IMG/VR virus record: IMGVR_UViG_3300020442_000005
Coordinates: 62,001-126,000 of that record
DNA: 64,000 nucleotides
Direction: 5' to 3' (one strand)
Part shown: positions 58,101-64,000 of the stretch, one piece after another
How positions within the stretch are numbered: the stretch's first letter is position 1
How the letters are laid out: each line of letters opens with the position of its first letter
Translations under genes and position numbers: made by a program
Notes under the pieces: generated by a model
The model's input: only the letters and a program-made list of their open reading frames with translations
Told to the model about the DNA's origin: nothing
The model's database searches: none

Positions 58101-58284
58101 AGATGAGGGTTTTGGCGCACTAGACCATCAGAATGTAGAAGCTGTAACTTCATTAATGAAAAGACTTAAGGCTTATTACAGACTAATCATGGTTATTTCG
58201 CATGTTGACGTTGTAAAAGATTCAGTTGATAATATTATCGATATAACAAAAGTTGGCATGGAATCAAAAGTGGAATATGTCTGA
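55150..58284 (+). CDS. Fused Mre11/SbcD nuclease - Rad50/SbcC ATPase (T4 gp47-gp46-like)
   Basis: Phosphoesterase motifs DVH, GD, GNHD and GDIH, then Walker A GRNRCGKS, coiled coil, ASGME signature, Walker B FIVDEGFGALD and ISH. ATG at 55150 after GGAG. Confidence 0.92.
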   Translation: MRIAHIADVHWRGYQRHVEYRTSFSDMFRQLRELKVDAICVAGDIVHSKTQGISPELIDNLNWWFTELSRIAPTHVILGNHDGLILNKDRQDAISPILNALNLQNVYLYKKSGVYNDPNDDRFNWCAFSPFDEEGYAEVKPQRGKINIAMYHGAVWGSHTDMDFMLDGDCKMDFFRGFDYVMLGDIHKRQQLDKDGRIWYPGSPIQQNYGESGDKGFLLWDIESDSEFDVEFFPIRHDNPFVTVDWQGNIQSTISKCMKEWPAGARFRIRSTVELDPKTQRKLATVLRREHGADEVVYQLKLKQSSISKETSEKIKIQDLSDPLTHKKLLREWSDDDGLTDPEFWSEVDRIVDETVPKLKVSADHKGNLWSIKEMNFDNTFGYGKDNVINFSKLSGIVGLFGRNRCGKSSIPGTIMYALYNSNDRGIASIQHVINTRRSNCSADVTFSVNGRLYRLERHSVRYPARGGKNEGAMSYLSLYEVDDEGRIIKDLSGEQRRDTEKSLRNLIGTPEDFMMTSFAAQGNMNSFIKQGPTERKKTISNFMGLDVYDQFQSIVKEESAGVKNMLKRLSEKDWVALIRSNRTDITNFKEQRTHLAEKINDLNDRYREFSEKAQEESGGDFVDPSQLARKRRLLENKKSGLSDIRYHISTLQERLSTEQENLVVLETFRDNFPLESYNRRLELLEGLRRNLQKMQMNLKQERTVMANQKKSVSLLKEVPCGDSFPTCKFIAESHKNKALLKEQKELVSNLKSELDEAKIKLEQIEEEGLRQKIEEYNDNLKKIQNTKMSIVVSKSKLEKENRDLADALQDIQRLSDEITDMELRSDEEKSVVLANLKSKLKAIDSEVKEYKLDMFSLAQKIGECQANIKQLEKESVEFDRLQVEWKVYDYLLKATSWRGIPAYIMKKQLPIINSEMSKILQDTSGFTVELDITDKKTDIFINYGDSRRPIECASGMEKMVSSMALRVALGNVSNLNKSDMFIVDEGFGALDHQNVEAVTSLMKRLKAYYRLIMVISHVDVVKDSVDNIIDITKVGMESKVEYV

Positions 58285-58555
58285 TAGCATCATATATGAA
58301 GAAAAAAATGGGTTAATAATAATAAAGCCGGCTAATTATATTTGTGATGAAAAGGATTGCAAGATTTGTGGATTTGCCTTGAGAGACATGCAAGACGTGC
58401 AGGAGCATGATCGGCATGGATGTTGTACAGATTGTTCTTTATATTTCAGACAACCAAATATAAAAAAATGGGAGAATGGTTGGCGTCCCAGCAGAAATGA
58501 AATCGATAGCATAATTAACAATAGAGATATAGGAGACTCAAATGTTAAACAGTAA
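58277..58555 (+). CDS. Small Cys-rich (Zn-finger-like) protein
   Basis: CKIC...CCTDC...W..GWRP. Start overlaps the upstream gene end (track start 58253). Confidence 0.65.
   Translation: MSDSIIYEEKNGLIIIKPANYICDEKDCKICGFALRDMQDVQEHDRHGCCTDCSLYFRQPNIKKWENGWRPSRNEIDSIINNRDIGDSNVKQ
58511..58518 (+). promoter_or_regulatory. Candidate late promoter ATAATTAA for the packaging genes
   Basis: Motif copy 23 nt before ATG 58542, followed by AGGAG. Confidence 0.45.
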
Positions 58556-58937
58556 ACAACTCAGTGTATTAGAAAACATTTTCGAAGCAACGTTCGGAAA
58601 AGGCTCAATGAACGATAAGGGACACGCACTTCGTCATAAGACTATGGTTGATCCAAGTGATGGTGAACTTATTTTAGAGTTGCGTCTTGAAAGAGGAATT
58701 AATTTTTCGCCTAACGACGGACTAACAAAACAAAAATTAGATTTAGATAAAGATGCTTTCAAAGCAATTGGCAATAAAATCGCTGACGCAAAGAAAGAGT
58801 TTAGAGAGCTAGCTGAATCTAGTTTAAAAGTAAAGCAGTTGGGCAAAGAAAAATCTGATATTGTGCCATATCAATTCAATAGAGCTTTGGTAAGAGCAAG
58901 ATATGTTGCGACCGTGGCATATAAGATTGGTGTCTAA
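58542..58937 (+). CDS. Hypothetical protein upstream of terminase
   Basis: AGGAG SD; stop overlaps the terminase start. Confidence 0.6.
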   Translation: MLNSKQLSVLENIFEATFGKGSMNDKGHALRHKTMVDPSDGELILELRLERGINFSPNDGLTKQKLDLDKDAFKAIGNKIADAKKEFRELAESSLKVKQLGKEKSDIVPYQFNRALVRARYVATVAYKIGV

Positions 58938-60514
58938 TGCCAGCTACGCAGAAACAACGGCAAATCAAAGAAATAATTAGGTGCGGAAAGAATCCAACAT
59001 ATTTTTTTAACAAGTATGTTAAGATTCAGCACCCTATAAAGGGAGCAATTCCATTCAAGACTTTTGATTTCCAAGACACATGCGTTGAGGCTTTTGAAGA
59101 ACATCGATTCAACATTGTTCTTAAAAGCCGACAGCTCGGTTTGTCAACTATTTCTGCTGCATATGCTGCATGGCTAGCAATATTTCACAAGGACAAGAAT
59201 ATCCTTGTTATCGCGACTAAATTATCTGTTGCACAAAACTTTATACGCAAAGTAAAGTTTGTAATTAATTCAATGCCAAAATGGTTATTGATACCACAGA
59301 TTGTGAATAACAATAAACAGGCTCTAGAATTTTCAAATGGTTCGACCATTAAAGCTGTGCCAACATCAGAAGATGCAGGTAGATCTGAGGCGCTTACATT
59401 ATTGATAGTTGACGAGGCTGCTTTTGTAAGAAACTTTGATACTTTGTGGACCGGTCTGTATCCAACCCTATCGACTGGTGGTCGGGCCATAGTGTTATCA
59501 ACCCCCAATGGTGTCGGCGGACAGTATTACGATTTGTGGAAACAGGCTGAAGACGGAGAAAACGTTTTTAATCCAATCAAACTGACATGGGACGTTCACC
59601 CAGATAGGGATGACGCTTGGTTCGCAGAAGAAACTAAGAACATGTCAAAAAAACAGATTGCACAAGAATTGATGTGTGATTTTCAGGCATCAGGCGATAC
59701 TTTTTTGCAAGTCGAGGATATCGATTACATTAGAGGTTGGATTCGACCTCCCATCGAAAAGTGGGGCCCGGACATGGGAGTATGGGTATGGGACTATCCT
59801 CTTTCTACAAAAAAATATATTATTAGCGCTGACGTAGCAAGAGGCGACGGCAACGACTATTCAACTTTTCATGTGTTCGATACAGAAGCATCATCGGTAG
59901 TAGCTGAATATAGGGGTAAGTTGCCACCTGATAAGTTTGCTCAAGTACTTGCGGAAGCTGGTCGACGATACAATGATGCACTACTTTGCCCGGAAAACAA
60001 TTCATACGGTTATGCCGTAGTTATGAAACTAGTCGAAATGGATTATAGAAATCTCTACTTCCAAAACGAAAAGGATAGATACTCCCATATGTACGGTACA
60101 CAGGACGTTGGAAAGATAGGGTTTCAAACTAATGTTAAGACCAGATCACAGATTCTAACAAAGCTGGAAGAGGTACTCCGAACAAAGCAATTGTCTGTAA
60201 AATCTGCGCGGCTGTATGACGAATTAAAAACGTTCGTTTGGAAAAATGGAAAAGTTCAGGCTCAAAAGGGACAGAACGATGATTTGATTATGGCATTGGC
60301 AATTGGTGTTTGGTTGTATGATACGACACCGCAACTTTCAAAGACTGGCACAGACATAAATAAAGCTATGTTGGCAGCGTTTGGTACATCAAACACATCA
60401 ATGTCAAACACAGTAATGAACACATCACCAAACAGTACTGTGGATTCTAGAGGCAACAGGATAATTACTAACAACAATAATGAGTATACTAATTTTGATT
60501 GGCTTATAAAATAG
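58937..60514 (+). CDS. terL: Terminase large subunit (T4 gp17-like)
   Basis: LKSRQLGLST (Walker A), LIVDEAAF (Walker B), LSTPNG, nuclease ADVARGDGNDYS, NDDLIMALAI. Confidence 0.96.
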   Translation: MPATQKQRQIKEIIRCGKNPTYFFNKYVKIQHPIKGAIPFKTFDFQDTCVEAFEEHRFNIVLKSRQLGLSTISAAYAAWLAIFHKDKNILVIATKLSVAQNFIRKVKFVINSMPKWLLIPQIVNNNKQALEFSNGSTIKAVPTSEDAGRSEALTLLIVDEAAFVRNFDTLWTGLYPTLSTGGRAIVLSTPNGVGGQYYDLWKQAEDGENVFNPIKLTWDVHPDRDDAWFAEETKNMSKKQIAQELMCDFQASGDTFLQVEDIDYIRGWIRPPIEKWGPDMGVWVWDYPLSTKKYIISADVARGDGNDYSTFHVFDTEASSVVAEYRGKLPPDKFAQVLAEAGRRYNDALLCPENNSYGYAVVMKLVEMDYRNLYFQNEKDRYSHMYGTQDVGKIGFQTNVKTRSQILTKLEEVLRTKQLSVKSARLYDELKTFVWKNGKVQAQKGQNDDLIMALAIGVWLYDTTPQLSKTGTDINKAMLAAFGTSNTSMSNTVMNTSPNSTVDSRGNRIITNNNNEYTNFDWLIK

Positions 60515-60518
60515 TCAT

Positions 60519-60526
60519 ATATTTAT
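60519..60526 (+). promoter_or_regulatory. Candidate late promoter ATATTTAT
   Basis: Motif variant 18 nt before the portal ATG. Confidence 0.5.
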
Positions 60527-60544
60527 ATGATAAAGAGGAATTAA

Positions 60545-62572
60545 ATGGCTGAAAACAACAATGAAAATCTGTTTAGACGGCTAACTAAACTATTCAGATC
60601 CGGACCTACTGTAAAAAGAAGAGTTCGCTCATATGATCCAAATTCTCAGACTGCCTCAACCGCGGTTGATTTATTTAAAAAGGCTCATTCAGATGTATAT
60701 AATTCAACATTAAGTGCTTATGGTACTTTTGATAGAATGGCAAGATATTCTGATTTTTCAGAAATGGAAGCTACACCAGAGATTGCCAGTGCGCTTGATA
60801 TATACGCAGAAGAAACAGTTTCAGAAGACGCTGAAGGTAAATGCCTACACATCAGATCTGATAATAGAAAGGTGAGGGAATTACTAAGTACACTGTTTTA
60901 TGATACCCTAAACATTGATTTCAATCTTGTCATGTGGGTTAGAAATCTTTGTAAGTATGGTGATTTCTTTTTATTCAACGACGTACATCCAGAGTATGGA
61001 GTGATAAACGCTTATCCGATTCCTATTACAGAGATGGAGCGCGAGGAAAATTACGATCCATCAGATCCTGCCGCGGTAAGATTTCGTTGGGTTACACAGG
61101 GCAATCAAGTTTTAGAAAACTGGCAGATTTCTCACTTTCGTTTATTGGGTAACGACGCTTTTCTTCCATATGGTTCTTCGGTATTAGAGTCTGCGCGTCG
61201 TATTTGGCGCCAGCTTATTCTTATTGAAGATGCAATGCTAGTGTATCGCGTTATTCGATCCCCGGAAAGACGTGTGTTTTACATTGATGTAGGTAACGTT
61301 CCACCAGAGGATGTACCCAATTATGTTGAGCAAGCCAAAACGGCATTAAAGAGAAGCCCGGTTATTGATAAAAGCAATGGCCAGATGGACCTTAGATATA
61401 ATCCAATGTCTGTCGACGAAGATTATTTTATTCCAGTTAGAGGTGGAGATTCTGGAACAAAAATAGATTCTTTAGCGGGAGGTTCGAACACATCTGCTAT
61501 CGAAGACGTTGAATATATACAGAAAAAACTATTTGCCGCTCTAAAAATACCAAAAGCTTATTTGGGATATGATGAAGATGTCGGAGCCAAAGCAACGCTA
61601 GCACAAGAAGATATCAGGTTTTCTAGAACAATCCAAAGAATTCAAAAGACAATTATTGCAGAACTTAATAAAATTGCAATGATCCATCTTTACTCTCATG
61701 GATTTGAGGGTGAAGACTTACTAGATTTTAGTTTATCTCTATCAAATCCAAGTTCCCTAGCTCAACAACAAAAACTTTCTTTAATAGAGCAAAAATTTTC
61801 AATTGCTGGTTCTGCACCTGAGGGAATGGTCTCAAGAACATGGATACGGCAAAATGTTTTTGGATTCACACGTGACGAAATAGATCGAATAGAAGAACAA
61901 AAGTTGGCTGAAAAAATACTGGACATGCAGATTGAGGCCGCCAAACCGCCTGGAGGCGAAGAGGAAGCTGAAGGTGGTGGAGACGAAGGCGGCGGTGATG
62001 AAGGTGGAGGTCTGTTTGCCGCAGACTATCCGTCAAACCAGAATTTGCTTGACGGCATGCCGGTAGAATATAGTGATACCATGGCTGAGTATGACGAAGT
62101 GTCTGAGGAAGACCTAGATGAAATAGATCTTGAAAACATATCAGCAGAATATATCAAGCCATCACAGGTATCAAGTCGACAGAAAAACGTATTTGGAGAC
62201 GATCTAATAAAGAAAAAAGATCGATCTGTGAAGAATGGATCACTTGAGACGCATATGCCGGATTTCTTAAAAATGACATCAACCGGTCGGGCAGGTAGAA
62301 AACAGGATACTTTAAATAATCCATATGATACTGATTTCCTAAAAAATCCTTTTGGTAATCCGTTTACAGAGGGCAAAAAAAGTCTTGCAGATATAATTTT
62401 AGGTGAACAAGAAGAACCTGATAATAATTATAATGGTTACAGACCAAGTTTAGATTATGCTATGCAAAGAACGTTGGAGTCAATGAATAAAAAGTTTGGA
62501 AAGTTAAAGATACTAAAGGAAGATAAAGAATTAGAACTAGGCTTCGAATTGGAGGAAGACGATAATGACTAG
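60545..62572 (+). CDS. Portal protein (T4 gp20-like) with a long acidic C-terminal extension
   Basis: EDAMLVYRVIRSPERRVFYIDVGNVP, EDYFIPVRGG, IEDVEYIQKKLFAALKIPKAYL. Confidence 0.95.
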   Translation: MAENNNENLFRRLTKLFRSGPTVKRRVRSYDPNSQTASTAVDLFKKAHSDVYNSTLSAYGTFDRMARYSDFSEMEATPEIASALDIYAEETVSEDAEGKCLHIRSDNRKVRELLSTLFYDTLNIDFNLVMWVRNLCKYGDFFLFNDVHPEYGVINAYPIPITEMEREENYDPSDPAAVRFRWVTQGNQVLENWQISHFRLLGNDAFLPYGSSVLESARRIWRQLILIEDAMLVYRVIRSPERRVFYIDVGNVPPEDVPNYVEQAKTALKRSPVIDKSNGQMDLRYNPMSVDEDYFIPVRGGDSGTKIDSLAGGSNTSAIEDVEYIQKKLFAALKIPKAYLGYDEDVGAKATLAQEDIRFSRTIQRIQKTIIAELNKIAMIHLYSHGFEGEDLLDFSLSLSNPSSLAQQQKLSLIEQKFSIAGSAPEGMVSRTWIRQNVFGFTRDEIDRIEEQKLAEKILDMQIEAAKPPGGEEEAEGGGDEGGGDEGGGLFAADYPSNQNLLDGMPVEYSDTMAEYDEVSEEDLDEIDLENISAEYIKPSQVSSRQKNVFGDDLIKKKDRSVKNGSLETHMPDFLKMTSTGRAGRKQDTLNNPYDTDFLKNPFGNPFTEGKKSLADIILGEQEEPDNNYNGYRPSLDYAMQRTLESMNKKFGKLKILKEDKELELGFELEEDDND

Positions 62573-63407
62573 AAAATCCCACAACAAAAAAAGAAATGTC
62601 GGGATTATTTACGAGCAATTGATTTTGACTGTCTCGAAAGGAATTGTAAAAAATAATCCAAAGCTTGTTGAAAGCGCGAAAAGTATTATTAAAAAACATT
62701 TTGTACCTGGCACCGAGCTATACAAAGAGCACAAACTCTTTCAAGCGCTTGTCAAACCACATATTGATAATGATTCGTTGGCAACATCAATTTTAGGCGA
62801 GGCAAAAAAAGCAGCAAGAGCCCACGATTCGAATCGATTAGAACGTGAAAAATCACGACTCATAAGAGACATAAATCTAACTTTTGGAAAAGGCTTCTAT
62901 GGTACACGTATCAAGGAATACAAGGAGTTTGCTACAGTACAGACGTTAATGAACGATTGGCGCCAAAATAGCACTAATATTCAGCGTATTGTTGAATATG
63001 AGCAAAAGGTACACAACATACTTACATCTGAAAAAACAGTAAAAACATTGTCTGAGCATAAATCACCTGATGCTGATAATCTTGTCGTAAAAATAATGAC
63101 AGAAAAATTTAATCAGAAATACGGTTCTAAACTTACTGATCAGCAAAGCATGCTTATAAAAAATTATGTAATGTCAGATAAGAAAATTAATTTTGAATCG
63201 ACACTCAATTCTATACGAGAAAACTGTATTAGAGAGTTAAATCGTTATTCAATCAACTGTGAATCATCAATAGTAAAAAGCAAAATAGATCCTGTCATTT
63301 TAGAACTAAAACAACTGGATACAGCAAATCTAAATGACGAAAACTTTAGCAAATTTATGACTTTGTGTCATTTGCAAAAAGAGCTTAAGGAGAGAACAAA
63401 TGGATAA
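62565..63407 (+). CDS. Helical protein between portal and protease, putative prohead core/scaffold component
   Basis: HNKKRNVGIIYEQL N-terminus, KFNQKY motif, and position in the head cluster. Confidence 0.5.
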   Translation: MTRKSHNKKRNVGIIYEQLILTVSKGIVKNNPKLVESAKSIIKKHFVPGTELYKEHKLFQALVKPHIDNDSLATSILGEAKKAARAHDSNRLEREKSRLIRDINLTFGKGFYGTRIKEYKEFATVQTLMNDWRQNSTNIQRIVEYEQKVHNILTSEKTVKTLSEHKSPDADNLVVKIMTEKFNQKYGSKLTDQQSMLIKNYVMSDKKINFESTLNSIRENCIRELNRYSINCESSIVKSKIDPVILELKQLDTANLNDENFSKFMTLCHLQKELKERTNG

Positions 63408-64000
63408 TGCCCTTAGATTATTACAGGAATGGAATGCTTTTTCATACGATAGAGAACAGATACTTGAGGAAAGAGCAACCAATGGCGGCCGGTATGTCAT
63501 GAGAGGCGTGCTGCAAAAATCCAACACGTTAAACCAAAACGGAAGAATATATCCGAAAGAAATATTAGAACGCGAAGTCCGAAATTATCAAAAGTTTATT
63601 GCAGAACGTAGAGCACTTGGTGAATTAGATCATCCAGAATCTTCAGTAGTTGAACTTAAAAACGCATCACACCTTGTAACTGAGGCTTACATGGAAGGGG
63701 ATATATGCTATGGAGTGGTTGAAATCCTTGATACACCGAGTGGAAAAATACTTAAATCACTTGTTGACGCAGGCGTTACTCTTGGTATTAGTTCTCGTGG
63801 TGTTGGGTCTACTCGACGTGAAGGTGACCACCAAGTGGTTCAAGATGATTTTCAGCTTATTTGTTGGGATTTTGTTAGTGAGCCATCTACTCCTGGGGCA
63901 TTCATGATGAAAGAAGGCCGTGAAATAAAAGAATCGGATTTAAAAAAATATTTTAATAAATCTGACAGAGTGGATAGAATACTTAACGATATTTTAGATT
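63400..64000 (+). CDS. Prohead core protease (T4 gp21-like), runs off the window end; absent from the ORF track
   Basis: My translation from ATG 63400 (AAGGAG SD): MDNALRLLQEW...NQNGRIYP...ALGELDHP...LGISSRGVGS...WDFVSEPSTPGAF. Confidence 0.93.
   Translation, partial: MDNALRLLQEWNAFSYDREQILEERATNGGRYVMRGVLQKSNTLNQNGRIYPKEILEREVRNYQKFIAERRALGELDHPESSVVELKNASHLVTEAYMEGDICYGVVEILDTPSGKILKSLVDAGVTLGISSRGVGSTRREGDHQVVQDDFQLICWDFVSEPSTPGAFMMKEGREIKESDLKKYFNKSDRVDRILNDILD

Noticed and set aside
55150-62572. Inteins or introns in the large replication and packaging genes
   Set aside because: No intein splice-junction or homing-endonuclease motifs were noticed. Lengths are explained by the fusion, the coiled coil and the acidic tail.
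1-64000. Numerous minus-strand and nested short ORFs in the track (e.g. 13371-14042, 35147-35599, 63710-63907)
   Set aside because: They are shadows of long, motif-bearing + strand genes and show no recognisable motifs of their own.
1-64000. Stop-codon reassignment as in some jumbo phages
   Set aside because: Genes tile the window under the standard code, and TAA, TAG and TGA all end genes at sensible boundaries.

Overview
This 64-kb window is part of the genome of a large, T4-like (myovirus-type) dsDNA bacteriophage, probably an uncultured jumbo-type phage. It is not a bacterial chromosome. All credible genes are on the + strand, tightly packed, read in the standard code, and mostly preceded by AGGAG/GAGG-type Shine-Dalgarno sites. 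From left to right: (1) 1-10.5 kb, a nucleotide-sugar and glycosylation cluster (partial SAM methyltransferase, short DegT aminotransferase, B12-dependent radical SAM, Fcl, epimerase, UDP-sugar dehydrogenase, Gmd, two GT-B glycosyltransferases) with a Cas4-like nuclease; (2) a gp55-like late sigma factor; (3) 11.9-52.2 kb, a very large baseplate/fibre module (HxH spike, gp25, gp6, gp7/gpI-like, LamG proteins, giant repeat fibres); (4) RuvC, primase, a cassette of small proteins with a shared N-terminal leader, and a fused Mre11-Rad50 (gp47-gp46); (5) terminase, portal, a putative core protein and a prohead protease that runs off the right edge. The strongest leads are: a [S/T]-[G/A]-S tripeptide heavily enriched in the external virion proteins next to a complete glycan pathway (candidate virion-glycosylation sequon); a late-promoter/terminator-bounded cassette of putative capsid-targeted proteins (MKITxxQLRxIIxE-A leader); two promoter classes (late ATAHTTAW, early TTGTAA-N17-TATAAT); a candidate frameshift at an A9 run; and a possibly split tail-collar domain. 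All calls come from motif recognition by eye. No searches were run.
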